IMG/VR virus record: IMGVR_UViG_3300045988_082360
Length of the DNA stretch: 63,050 nucleotides
Direction: 5' to 3' (one strand)
Origin: a virus
The notes below the pieces were generated by a model. That model ran no database searches, had not been told where the DNA came from, and worked only from the letters and a program-made list of their open reading frames with translations. Positions 40,853 to 50,274 of this stretch are shown piece by piece (within the stretch, counting starts at the first letter, position 1; every line of letters starts with the position of its first letter). The position numbers and the translations under genes were made by a program.

Positions 40853-42598
40853 ATGGCCCTGTCGAATACTGCTGTTCCCCGGTATTACGGGAAATTTCGT
40901 GAAGCGGTGATTCGGGGTGAGATCCCTGTCTGCAAAGAGATTTCGATGGAGATGAACCGGATCGACGATCTGATCGCGAATCCAGGAATCTATTACGATG
41001 ATAAAGCCGTTGAGGGCTGGATCAAGTATTGCGAGGCAGAGATGACTCTGACGGATGGTTCCGATCTTCACCTCCTTGACAGCTTCAAGCTGTGGGGCGA
41101 GCAGGTATTCGGCTGGTATTACTTTGTGGAGCGCACGGTCTATGAGCCGAACGCGGACGGACGAGGCGGGCACTATGTCAAGAAGATGATCAAGAAGCGG
41201 CTTGTGAACAAGCAATACCTGATCGTCGGACGAGGTGCCGCTAAGTCGATCTATGATTCGTGCATCCAATCATTCTTTGAGAATGTGGACACAAGTACGA
41301 CCCATCAGATCACGACGGCTCCGACCATGAAGCTGGCCGAAGAGGTCATGTCACCGATCCGCACCGCCATCACAAGAGCTCGCGGCCCCGTATTCCAATT
41401 TCTAACCCAAGGCTCACTCCAGAACACGACCGGTTCACAGGCCAACCGCGTCAAGTTGGCTTCGACCAAGAAAGGCATTGAGAACTTTCTGACCGGCTCT
41501 CTCATTGAGATCCGCCCCATGTCGATCAACAAGCTGCAAGGTCTTCGATGCAAGATCGCAACCGTAGACGAGTGGCTCTCCGGCGACATTCGCGAGGATG
41601 TTATCGGCGCTATCGAGCAGGGCGCTTCCAAGGTGGACGACTATCTGATCGTGGCCACCAGTTCGGAGGGTACTGTTCGTAACGGCGCCGGTGACACCAT
41701 CAAAATGGAGCTTATGAGCATTCTCAAAGGGGATTATCCAAACCCGCATGTTTCGATCTGGTGGTACAAGCTCGACTCTGTCGACGAGGTCGGCTATCCT
41801 GAGATGTGGATGAAGGCAAACCCGAACATCGGAAAGACGGTAAGTTACGAGACTTATCAGCTTGATGTGGAACGCGCCGAGAAAGCGCCTGCCGCAAGGA
41901 ATGATATTCTTGCCAAGCGTTTCGGACTGCCGATGGAGGGTTATACCTATTACTTCACCTACGAAGAGACACTGCCGCATCGCAAACGCGATTACTGGCA
42001 GATGGCCTGCGCGCTGGGCGGAGACCTTTCTCAGGGTGACGACTTCTGTTCGTTCACCTTTTTGTTCCCGCTGCGTAATGGTTCCTTTGGCGTGAAGACC
42101 AGAAACTACATTACTTCCAGAACGCTGAATAAGCTGCCCGCTGCTATGCGTAATAAGTATGAGCAGTTTATGGATGAGGGCAGTCTTGTCGTTTTGGATG
42201 GAACAGTTCTGGACCCAATGCAGGTCTATGAGGACTTGGACGAGTACATCGTTGCGTGTGGGTATGATGTCCGCTGCTTTGGCTATGACCCATACAACGC
42301 CAAGGAGTTTGTGGAACGCTGGGCGGCTGAGAACGGCCCGTTCGGCATTGAGAAAGTCATTCAGGGCGCGAAGACGGAGTCCGTTCCATTGGGTGAGCTG
42401 AAGAAGCTGGCCGAAGACCGGATGCTCCTCTTCGATGAAGAGCTGATGACCTATGCCATGGGCAACTGCATCGCCATGGAAGATACCAACGGAAACCGGA
42501 AGCTGATGAAGAAGCGGTACGAGCAGAAAATCGACGCTGTGTCGGCTATGATGGATGCCTATATCGCTTACAAGAGGAATCCGGAAGCATTTGAATAA
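40853..42598 (+). CDS. terL: terminase large subunit
   Basis: 581 aa. It has a Walker A-like LIVGRGAAKS and a Walker B-like IATVDEW. The C-terminal nuclease region contains AMGNCIAMEDTNGNRKL. Confidence 0.8.
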   Translation: MALSNTAVPRYYGKFREAVIRGEIPVCKEISMEMNRIDDLIANPGIYYDDKAVEGWIKYCEAEMTLTDGSDLHLLDSFKLWGEQVFGWYYFVERTVYEPNADGRGGHYVKKMIKKRLVNKQYLIVGRGAAKSIYDSCIQSFFENVDTSTTHQITTAPTMKLAEEVMSPIRTAITRARGPVFQFLTQGSLQNTTGSQANRVKLASTKKGIENFLTGSLIEIRPMSINKLQGLRCKIATVDEWLSGDIREDVIGAIEQGASKVDDYLIVATSSEGTVRNGAGDTIKMELMSILKGDYPNPHVSIWWYKLDSVDEVGYPEMWMKANPNIGKTVSYETYQLDVERAEKAPAARNDILAKRFGLPMEGYTYYFTYEETLPHRKRDYWQMACALGGDLSQGDDFCSFTFLFPLRNGSFGVKTRNYITSRTLNKLPAAMRNKYEQFMDEGSLVVLDGTVLDPMQVYEDLDEYIVACGYDVRCFGYDPYNAKEFVERWAAENGPFGIEKVIQGAKTESVPLGELKKLAEDRMLLFDEELMTYAMGNCIAMEDTNGNRKLMKKRYEQKIDAVSAMMDAYIAYKRNPEAFE

Positions 42599-42612
42599 GA
42601 GAGGAGGATGTC

Positions 42613-43599
42613 ATGGATTACCTTGACAAGCCTGACCCGCAAACTTTTATCGCTCACCATGGTATCAAAGGCCAGAAATGGGGCATTCGCCGTTTCCAGA
42701 ATGAAGACGGTAGCTTGACAAAGGCGGGAAAAGAGCGATACAATGAACAAAACAGCCCCAATTCGAGTGATAACTCCGAGAACCAAAAGTTTCATTTGAC
42801 TGAAAAGCAGAAGAAATATTGCAAAACCGTTGCGATTGCCACAGGAGCTGCTTTGGTCGTTTATGCTGGCTTTAAGCTCGCAGATAGCGGTGAATTGAAT
42901 AGACTCTGTGAAAAGGCAAAAGAGTTGAGCCTTGGCGCTGACTACAAAAGCTTTTCAAGAAACGATTCTTTTACAGGTGAGATGAGCGTATCGCAAGTAA
43001 AAGAGAAGTTCCTTAATCGCATTAACCCTGAATATGGCAATTCTCTCGGAAGTTTCATGAATTGTAGGCGGTGTACTTTTGCCTATGAGCTTTCAAGGCG
43101 TGGCTATGATGTGCAGGCGACCAAAACTCTTATTGGAACGGGTCAGGACGCCAACGGAATGAATCAAATGCTGTTTGTGCCACGGTTCACGAAAAAAGAA
43201 TACAAGGAAGCTTTGAATGCGTACACTCATGATTCTTCCATCTATGCCGCTAATAACTTTATAAAAAGGCTTACTGGTGGTTTTTCAGAGGACATACATC
43301 TTTCTAAGAAAAATGCCATCAGGGATGTGTATGACGCATTTAGTAAAATGCCTAATTCTGCAAGAGGCGAGTTATCCGTAACGTGGAAGGGGCATAATGG
43401 CGGCCATAGTCTTGCTTGGGAGGTCATCAATAATAAGCCTGTTATTTTTGATTTCCAGACCCATAAGGTATATGAGACACCTGATAAGTTTTCTGAAATC
43501 GCCAACATGTTCGACGGGCTTGATACCGCTACATTATGCCGACTTGATGATAAGGACTTAAATCTCGATCTTCTTCGGCGATGGGTAAAGCATAGCTAA
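42613..43599 (+). CDS. HYGIKGQKWG-motif protein with TM and a papain-fold (Cys-His-Asp) toxin/protease-like C-domain
   Basis: The N-terminus contains HHGIKGQKWGIRRFQNEDGSLTKAGKERY. TM helix VAIATGAALVVYAGFKLA. The C-domain contains FMNCRRCTFAYELSRRGYDV...GGHSLAWEVINNKPVIFDFQTH. Confidence 0.45.
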   Translation: MDYLDKPDPQTFIAHHGIKGQKWGIRRFQNEDGSLTKAGKERYNEQNSPNSSDNSENQKFHLTEKQKKYCKTVAIATGAALVVYAGFKLADSGELNRLCEKAKELSLGADYKSFSRNDSFTGEMSVSQVKEKFLNRINPEYGNSLGSFMNCRRCTFAYELSRRGYDVQATKTLIGTGQDANGMNQMLFVPRFTKKEYKEALNAYTHDSSIYAANNFIKRLTGGFSEDIHLSKKNAIRDVYDAFSKMPNSARGELSVTWKGHNGGHSLAWEVINNKPVIFDFQTHKVYETPDKFSEIANMFDGLDTATLCRLDDKDLNLDLLRRWVKHS

Positions 43600-43614
43600 A
43601 AATCTGGAGGTCTG

Positions 43615-43833
43615 ATGATGAAAGAGCAAAGGTTTGATAAACAACAGCTTAAGTCCGCAATCAAGTTTAAGCCAACAAATATGCTTTTGGAAGAGTTTAT
43701 TTCCGATTACTTTAAGCGACACCCAGAAGCAAAGCATACCAGTCAAGCTGAGAGAAGATTGAAACGAAAGTTCTATTTGTCTATGCTGAAACGGAATTTT
43801 TTACGCAAATCTTCGAGCAGTTTAGATAATTAA
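43615..43833 (+). CDS. small basic protein (immunity-like position)
   Basis: A 72-aa ORF follows the toxin-like domain gene immediately and is followed by a terminator. Confidence 0.35.
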   Translation: MMKEQRFDKQQLKSAIKFKPTNMLLEEFISDYFKRHPEAKHTSQAERRLKRKFYLSMLKRNFLRKSSSSLDN

Positions 43834-43848
43834 ATCATTTACCATGCT

Positions 43849-43881
43849 CCGCAGACTTTGAACGGTCTGCGGAATTTTTTT
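43849..43881 (+). terminator. intrinsic terminator
   Basis: Stem CCGCAGAC...GTCTGCGG followed by AATTTTTTT. Confidence 0.75.
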
Positions 43882-43909
43882 ATGCCATGAAGGAGGTGAT
43901 GAGTTCCGA

Positions 43910-45154
43910 ATGGAAATGACAGTTGCCACGCGGCTAAAGCACGCATGGAATACATTCATGAACCGAGATTCTTATGTTTCTCGGATGTCGATTGGGCCGA
44001 GTTACGGTTATCGCCCCGACCGTCCACTCTTCAGCCGTGGAAATGAGCGTTCGATCATTACCTCGGTCTATAACCGTATTGCGCTGGATGTCTCATCTAT
44101 GACCGTTCAGCATGTGCGGCTGGATGGCAGCGACCGATTTAAGGAGGTCATCGAGAGTGGGCTTAATAACTGTTTAACGGTAGAAGCCAATGTTGACCAG
44201 ACCGGAAGGGCCTTTATGCAGGACATTGTTATGTCGATGCTGGACGAGGGCTGCGTTGCTATCATCCCTGTCGATACAAACTTTGATCCTGAGAAAACCG
44301 GCGGCATTGACATCGAAACGATGCGGACCGGCAAGATTCTTGAATGGTTCCCGCAGCATGTAAAGGTTCGCGTCTACAATGACCAGCGCGGTGAGAAAGA
44401 GGATATTCTTGTCCCCAAGAGTACCGTCGGCATTGTGGAGAATCCTTTCTATGCTGTCATGAATGAACCGAACTCTACGATGCAGCGGCTTATCCGAAAG
44501 CTGAACCTGCTGGACGCCATTGACGAGCAGAACAGTTCCGGAAAGCTGAACCTCATCATTCAGTTGCCGTATGTCATCAAGACAGAAGCACGTCGTCAAC
44601 AGGCGGAATTGCGCCGACAAGATATCGAGAACCAGTTAGCCAGCTCCAAATACGGTGTTGCATACACTGACGGAACTGAGCATGTGGTCCAACTGAATCG
44701 CCCCGTCGAGAACAACCTGATGTCCCAGATCGAATACCTGACGAGTATGCTTTACAGCCAGTTAGGTTTGACCCAGGGCATTCTGGATGGCTCTGCCGAC
44801 GATAAGACGATGCAGAACTACCTGACTCGAATCGTTGAGCCAATCCTCTCTGCCATTGTTGATGAGATCAAGAGGAAATTCCTCACCAAAACTGCTCGGT
44901 CGCAAAAGCAGTCCATCCTGTTCTTCCGAGATCCCTTCAAGCTGGTGCCTGTCGATAAGATCGCCGAGATGACTGACAAGTTCACCCGCAACGAGGTTAT
45001 GACCTCGAATGAGATCCGGCAGAAGATCGGCATGAAGCCTTCTTCCGACCCAAAGGCGGACGAGCTGCGCAACAGCAATCTGAGCGCACCGGCGGAAAGC
45101 ACGCCGGCATCAACACCGAAGGAGGACAACAATCAAAATGGAGAAGAAACTTAA
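43910..45154 (+). CDS. portal protein
   Basis: A 414-aa ORF lies between the terminase block and the protease-capsid gene. RBS GAAGGAGG is upstream. The call is mainly positional. Confidence 0.6.
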   Translation: MEMTVATRLKHAWNTFMNRDSYVSRMSIGPSYGYRPDRPLFSRGNERSIITSVYNRIALDVSSMTVQHVRLDGSDRFKEVIESGLNNCLTVEANVDQTGRAFMQDIVMSMLDEGCVAIIPVDTNFDPEKTGGIDIETMRTGKILEWFPQHVKVRVYNDQRGEKEDILVPKSTVGIVENPFYAVMNEPNSTMQRLIRKLNLLDAIDEQNSSGKLNLIIQLPYVIKTEARRQQAELRRQDIENQLASSKYGVAYTDGTEHVVQLNRPVENNLMSQIEYLTSMLYSQLGLTQGILDGSADDKTMQNYLTRIVEPILSAIVDEIKRKFLTKTARSQKQSILFFRDPFKLVPVDKIAEMTDKFTRNEVMTSNEIRQKIGMKPSSDPKADELRNSNLSAPAESTPASTPKEDNNQNGEET

Positions 45155-47033
45155 GTACGACTTCAGCGGCTGGGCGACGCGCAATGACCTTGTGTGCAGT
45201 GATGGCCGCACCATTCGCCGTGATGCGTTTGCGCATTGCGACGGAAAGACCGTCCCCCTCGTATGGAATCACCAGCATGACGACCCGACCAATATTCTGG
45301 GCCATGCGCTGCTGGAAAACCGCGAGGATGGCGTTTACGCTTACTGCACATTCAACGAAACTGCTGCCGGTAAGGCTGCTAAGCTGATCGTGCAGCATGG
45401 AGATGTGGATTCCCTGTCCATCTATGCCAACGGCCTGAAGCAGCAGGGCGGAAATGTGATGCATGGTGACATCAAGGAGCTGAGCCTTGTGGTCGCCGGT
45501 GCAAATCCCGGAGCATTCATCGACTTTGTCGATCTTGCTCATGGAGAGGGCTCTGAGCAGGAAGTCATCTTCTGCGCCAACGAACCTATCACGCTCGCCC
45601 ATGCAGATGAAGGCAAAGCTGATGACTCTGCCGATGACGGCAAGAAGTCCGCTGATGGCGACAAGAAAGACACCGAAGATGGCGACACCATTGAAGATGT
45701 CATCAACAGCCTGACCGAAAAGCAGAAGACCGTTGTGGTTGCTCTGCTCGCCAATGCTATGGCCCACAGCGATTCTGACGACGATGATGGCGAAGAGAAG
45801 AAGGACGACGGCCACATCGAACATTCTGACAAATCCGAAGGAGGAGACAAGACTATGAAACACAATGTTTTCGAGAAGCCTGAGGACAATCAGGCGACCA
45901 CCCTGAGCCATTCCGCTCAGACCGAGATCATCGCCAATGCCAAGCTCAAGAGCGTTGGCACTCTTCAGGGGGCTATGAAGCTCTACGCCGAGCAGCATAA
46001 CGATACTCTGAAGCACGGTATCGACGACATCGAGGCCCTGTTCCCCGAGTATAAGGATCTGCGCACCGGCGCTCCTGAGCTCATCACCCGTGACCAGGGC
46101 TGGGTCAATGTGGTCATGAACAAGGTCCACAAGAGCCCTATCAGCCGTATCCGTACCCGCAACATGGATGCCCGCGGCGATGATATCCGCGCGCATGGTT
46201 ACCAGAAGGGCAAGAAGAAGGTTCCTTCCGGCAACATGAAGCTGATGAAGCGCACCACCGATCCGCAGACCATCTACATCACTGACTCCATGCACCGCGA
46301 TGACATCATCGACATCACCGATTTCGATGTGGTCGAGTACCAGTACGGTGTGATGCGTCAGACTCTGCTGGAAGAGGTCGCTACCGCTATCCTGATCGGT
46401 GACGGCCGCGATGAGGCGGATGAGCACAAGATCTCTGAGGAGCATGTCCGTTCTATCTGGAATGACGACGATCTCTACACCATTCACTATGATGTTGACA
46501 TCGAGGCTGCCCGCAACGAGCTTCAGGGTACCGGCACCGCTTCCCGTTTCGGCGAGAACTACATCTACGCCGAGGCGATCATCACGGCTGCCCTTTACTC
46601 CCGCGAGAAGTTCAAGGGCACCGGCACTCCCGACTTCTTCTGCACGCCGCATCTGGTGAATGTGATGCTGCTGGCCCGCGACACCAACGGTCGCCGCATC
46701 TACAACTCCAAGGCTGATCTGGCTGCCGCGCTGAACATCAACGAGCTGCACACTGCTGAGCAGTTCGAGGGTCTGGCCCGCACCGACAAGACCGGCAAGA
46801 AGCATAACCTGCTGGGTATCTTCGTCAACCTGAGCGACTACACCGTCGGCTCTACCAAGGGCGGCGAGATCACCCGCTTCAACCAGTTCGACATCGACTT
46901 CAACCAGGAGAAGTACCTGATCGAGACTCGTCTGTCCGGCGCTCTGACCAGACTGTGGTCTGCTATCGCACTGGAAGAGCCCGTGAAGGCCTCTTCCGGC
47001 CAGACCGAGGATGCCGGTCACGAAGGCACCTAA
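45138..47033 (+). CDS. prohead protease - acidic linker - HK97-fold major capsid protein fusion
   Basis: The N-terminal S78/U35-like pattern is DGKTVPLVWNHQHDDPTNILGHA...GDVDSLSIYA. A D/E/K-rich linker follows. The C-terminal ~390 aa are MCP-like (ALFPEYKDL...TGTPDFFCTPHLVNVMLLARDTNGRRIY). An in-frame AAGGAGGA plus ATG lies at 45855. Confidence 0.7.
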   Translation: MEKKLKYDFSGWATRNDLVCSDGRTIRRDAFAHCDGKTVPLVWNHQHDDPTNILGHALLENREDGVYAYCTFNETAAGKAAKLIVQHGDVDSLSIYANGLKQQGGNVMHGDIKELSLVVAGANPGAFIDFVDLAHGEGSEQEVIFCANEPITLAHADEGKADDSADDGKKSADGDKKDTEDGDTIEDVINSLTEKQKTVVVALLANAMAHSDSDDDDGEEKKDDGHIEHSDKSEGGDKTMKHNVFEKPEDNQATTLSHSAQTEIIANAKLKSVGTLQGAMKLYAEQHNDTLKHGIDDIEALFPEYKDLRTGAPELITRDQGWVNVVMNKVHKSPISRIRTRNMDARGDDIRAHGYQKGKKKVPSGNMKLMKRTTDPQTIYITDSMHRDDIIDITDFDVVEYQYGVMRQTLLEEVATAILIGDGRDEADEHKISEEHVRSIWNDDDLYTIHYDVDIEAARNELQGTGTASRFGENYIYAEAIITAALYSREKFKGTGTPDFFCTPHLVNVMLLARDTNGRRIYNSKADLAAALNINELHTAEQFEGLARTDKTGKKHNLLGIFVNLSDYTVGSTKGGEITRFNQFDIDFNQEKYLIETRLSGALTRLWSAIALEEPVKASSGQTEDAGHEGT

Positions 47034-47048
47034 GGGAGAAAATTCAAA

Positions 47049-47390
47049 ATGGCAAAATTTTACGGACCGGTAGGCTATGCTGAAACGGTGGAAACGGCGC
47101 CTGGTGTATATGTGGAAAAGATCACGGAGCGGATGTACTTCGGAGACTTGACCCGTAACACCAGGCGTCTTCAGTCATCGGAAACGCTCAATGACGACAT
47201 CAATGTTGCGAATGAGATCAGCATAGTCGCCGATCCGTTTGCCAACCAGAATTTCCACCGAATGCGGTATGTTGGCTTTATGGGGGCAAATTGGAAGATC
47301 TCCAATGTTGAAGTCCATTATCCGAGACTGATCCTGACGATCGGAGGTGTCTACAATGGAGAGACTGCTTCTTCAGAAGACGCTATCTGA
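47049..47390 (+). CDS. conserved phage structural-module protein (head-tail region)
   Basis: The pattern is FYGPVGYAETVETAPGVYVEKITERMYFGD...ISNVEVHYPRLILTIGGVYNGE. Confidence 0.45.
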   Translation: MAKFYGPVGYAETVETAPGVYVEKITERMYFGDLTRNTRRLQSSETLNDDINVANEISIVADPFANQNFHRMRYVGFMGANWKISNVEVHYPRLILTIGGVYNGETASSEDAI

Positions 47391-47676
47391 CATTCTTGGA
47401 TGCCCCGACCGAGGCGAAAAGTGCCGTGTGTACTTTCAGCCTCCCGCCAGCAAGGAAATGATTTATGACTGCATCGTTTACGAGCGCAGCCGTATTGAAC
47501 CTACTTTTGCTGACAATCAGCCTTATGCGCTTCACGACCGGTATCAGGTAACTGTGATTTACAGAAATCCTGACAGCGAGATCCCAAGCAAGATCGCGCT
47601 TCTTCCGATGTGCAGCCATGAACGCCACTATACCAAAGAAAACCTGAACCATGATGTGTTCAACCTATATTTCTAA
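47356..47676 (+). CDS. head-tail joining / tail-completion-type protein
   Basis: A small ORF between the capsid and major tail genes. The start is either GTG 47347 or ATG 47356. Confidence 0.4.
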   Translation: MERLLLQKTLSDILGCPDRGEKCRVYFQPPASKEMIYDCIVYERSRIEPTFADNQPYALHDRYQVTVIYRNPDSEIPSKIALLPMCSHERHYTKENLNHDVFNLYF

Positions 47677-47697
47677 CCTTACAAGGAGGAAACAGCT

Positions 47698-48363
47698 ATG
47701 AAGATCAAATGGGATGAAGTCGGCAAGCGTCTGTATGAGACCGGCGTCGACCACGGCGTCCTGTTCCCGATGGGCGAGGACAATGCATATGTCAAAGGTG
47801 TGCCCTGGTACGGCCTGAGCGCCGTGAACGAGAGCCCCTCCGGCGGCGAGCCTAATGCCGTATGGGCGGACAACATCAAGTACCTGAACCTGATGAGTGC
47901 CGAGGACTTCGGTGCCACCATCGAGGCTTACACCTATCCCGATGAGTTCGAGGCCTGCAACGGCTGCGCTGAGATCGCCCCGGGTGTCACCATCGCCCAG
48001 CAGGATCGCAAGATGTTCGGCTTCAGCTATCGCACGCTGATCGGCAACGATACGGTTGGTACGAACTACGGCTACAAGCTCCATCTGGTGTACGGTGCGC
48101 AGGCTTCTCCCTCTGAGAAGAACAACCAGACCGTGAACGACAGCCCTGAGGCCGCCACCATGAGCTGGGAAATCAGCACCACGCCTGTGGATGTCCCCAA
48201 TTTCAAGCCGACCGCGCATCTGGTCATCGACTCCACCAAGACCGACAAGGCCAAGCTCGCGAAGCTGGAGGAGATGCTGTACGGCACCGATGGCGACCAG
48301 GCCACCGAACCCACGCTTCCGATGCCCGAGAAGGTCATCGAGCTGCTGAAGGCTGCCGGCTGA
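47698..48363 (+). CDS. major tail protein
   Basis: 221 aa, with a strong RBS AAGGAGGAAA. The pattern is WDEVGKRLYETGVDHGVLF...YGLSAVNESPSGGE. A terminator follows. Confidence 0.65.
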   Translation: MKIKWDEVGKRLYETGVDHGVLFPMGEDNAYVKGVPWYGLSAVNESPSGGEPNAVWADNIKYLNLMSAEDFGATIEAYTYPDEFEACNGCAEIAPGVTIAQQDRKMFGFSYRTLIGNDTVGTNYGYKLHLVYGAQASPSEKNNQTVNDSPEAATMSWEISTTPVDVPNFKPTAHLVIDSTKTDKAKLAKLEEMLYGTDGDQATEPTLPMPEKVIELLKAAG

Positions 48364-48385
48364 TCCACAGTACAAGAACTTCTAA

Positions 48386-48423
48386 AGCGGGGCTCTCTTC
48401 ACCGAGGGCTCCGCTTTCTTTAA
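48386..48423 (+). terminator. intrinsic terminator (imperfect stem) after the major tail gene
   Basis: Stem AAGCGGGGCTCTC...GAGGGCTCCGCTT followed by TCTTTAATTTTT. Confidence 0.55.
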
Positions 48424-48444
48424 TTTTTGAAAGGAGAAAGCATC

Positions 48445-48861
48445 ATGCTTAAGAAAACTATTGCTTATACCGACTACAACGGTACCACTCGCAAGGAGGA
48501 TTTTTACTTCAACCTGACACAGGCTGAGGTGACGGAACTGGAGGTCTCTGTTGAGGGAGGCCTGGTCGAAATGATCAACCGCATCGTTGCCGCGCAGAAT
48601 GGCAAGGTCATCATTGAGACCTTCAAGGACATCATTCTGCGCGCTTACGGTGAGAAGTCTCCGGATGGCCGTCGATTCATTAAGAACCAGGAAGTCCGCG
48701 ATGCCTTCGCTCAGACCGAGGCGTACAGCAACCTGTTCATGGAACTGGCAACCGACGCTAAGGCTGCCAGCGAGTTCGTCAACGGCATCGTTCCTCCCAA
48801 GACGGAAAAGGCAGCCCCGGCCGATCAGAGTGCCGAAGCTACCGCTGTTCCTGAAAACTGA
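48445..48861 (+). CDS. tail assembly chaperone
   Basis: The pattern is YTDYNGTTRKEDFYFNLTQAEVTELE. It lies between the major tail protein and the tape measure. Confidence 0.55.
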   Translation: MLKKTIAYTDYNGTTRKEDFYFNLTQAEVTELEVSVEGGLVEMINRIVAAQNGKVIIETFKDIILRAYGEKSPDGRRFIKNQEVRDAFAQTEAYSNLFMELATDAKAASEFVNGIVPPKTEKAAPADQSAEATAVPEN

Positions 48862-48879
48862 TGACAATGAGGACCGGCG

Positions 48880-49419
48880 ATGCTGAAGATCACAGTGCCG
48901 GCTACCGAATTGTTTGACGGGGTCGGAAACTTTATCAACACCAAGGAGCAGACGCTCCAGTTGGAGCATTCGCTGGTCTCTCTTTCAAAATGGGAAGCCA
49001 AATGGCACAAGCCTTACTTGTCCCGCAAGGCAATGACCATAGAAGAGACGATCGACTACATCCGGTGTATGACGCTGACACAGAATGTCGACCCGAATGT
49101 GTATAAAGCGATCACTCCATCAAATTTGAAGACGGTCACGGAGTACATTGACGCTCCGATGACCGCCACGACCATCTCCAATGCAAAGAAAAAGGGTGGA
49201 AGCCGTAAAATCGTCACGGCAGAGGTCATTTATTATTGGATGATCTCCTACGGCATCCCGTTTGAGTGCCAGAAATGGCATCTGAACCGACTGCTGACCC
49301 TTATCAATGTGTGTAATGTGGAGGGGTCGCCGCCTCAGAAGCTTTCGAGAGCGGAGGTTGCCGCGCAGTATAAAGCGCTGAACGCCGCCCGACGAAAGCA
49401 GTGGAATACAAGGGGGTAA
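48880..49419 (+). CDS. second tail-assembly-region protein
   Basis: A separate ORF with its own RBS. No overlap or slippery site links it to the 48445 ORF. Confidence 0.4.
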   Translation: MLKITVPATELFDGVGNFINTKEQTLQLEHSLVSLSKWEAKWHKPYLSRKAMTIEETIDYIRCMTLTQNVDPNVYKAITPSNLKTVTEYIDAPMTATTISNAKKKGGSRKIVTAEVIYYWMISYGIPFECQKWHLNRLLTLINVCNVEGSPPQKLSRAEVAAQYKALNAARRKQWNTRG

Positions 49420-49423
49420 CACC

Positions 49424-50251
49424 ATGACAGAAAAAGAACTGAGAGCCAAAGTAGTCTCAATCGCAGAGAAGTATCTCGGATGTAAGGAAAGCAATGGCTC
49501 GCATAGAAAAATCATCGACCTTTATAACACTCACAAACCGCTTGCACGAGGGTACTCCGTGAAATACACGGACGCCTGGTGCGCAACTTTTGTGAGTGCT
49601 GTGTTTATTGAGGCCGGCTTGACAGAGATCGCACCGACTGAATGCGGATGCGGAGCAATGATCAATCTTTATAAGAAGATCGGTCGTTGGGAAGAGAATG
49701 ATGCCTATGTCCCCTCTCCGGGTGATGTTATCATGTATGACTGGCAAGATAACGGCGTGGGTGATAATACTGGTGCCGCTGATCATGTCGGCATTGTGGT
49801 GAGTGTTTCCGGAAATTCCATCAAGGTCATCGAAGGAAATATGAGTGATGCCGTTGGGCATAGAACCTTGCGGGTGAATGGCAAATACATTCGAGGCTAT
49901 TGCCTCCCCAAGTATGCTGCCAAAGCTGGTTCGACAGGTTCCAACACGACGACACCGCCGAGTAATGGCTCTGCAAGCAAGCCCGCAAGTGCTAAAAAGG
50001 CAGCCGAGGCAGCAAGATCTTTCAATAAGACTTTGGCCGGTACTTATGTTGTCACGGCGAATGTTGGGCTGCACATCCGTAATGGTGCAGGAACCGGTAA
50101 GGCCAGTCTCGCCGTACTTCCCAAAGGTACAAAAGTTGCAAACTATGGGTACTACACGCTTGTCGGCAATATAAAGTGGCTTTATGTTCAGGTCACTTAC
50201 AAGGGTGTCACATACACCGGATTTTGCAGTTCTCAGTATTTGAAGAAGTAA
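49424..50251 (+). CDS. CHAP/NlpC-P60-type peptidoglycan hydrolase with C-terminal SH3b domain (endolysin or tail lysin)
   Basis: It has YTDAWCATFVSAVF (Cys) and ADHVGIVVSVSGNSIKVIEGN (His, Glu/Asn). The SH3b-like region is TYVVTANVGLHIRNGAGTGK...WLYVQVTYKGVTYTGFCSSQYL. Confidence 0.7.
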   Translation: MTEKELRAKVVSIAEKYLGCKESNGSHRKIIDLYNTHKPLARGYSVKYTDAWCATFVSAVFIEAGLTEIAPTECGCGAMINLYKKIGRWEENDAYVPSPGDVIMYDWQDNGVGDNTGAADHVGIVVSVSGNSIKVIEGNMSDAVGHRTLRVNGKYIRGYCLPKYAAKAGSTGSNTTTPPSNGSASKPASAKKAAEAARSFNKTLAGTYVVTANVGLHIRNGAGTGKASLAVLPKGTKVANYGYYTLVGNIKWLYVQVTYKGVTYTGFCSSQYLKK

Positions 50252-50274
50252 ACAAGTGCAATTTGGAGGAAAAC

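Noticed and set aside
48445-49419. The canonical programmed -1 frameshift between the two tail-assembly chaperone ORFs (G/GT type).
   Set aside because: The two ORFs do not overlap. They are separated by 18 nt, the second has its own RBS and ATG, and no slippery heptamer lies near the end of the first ORF.
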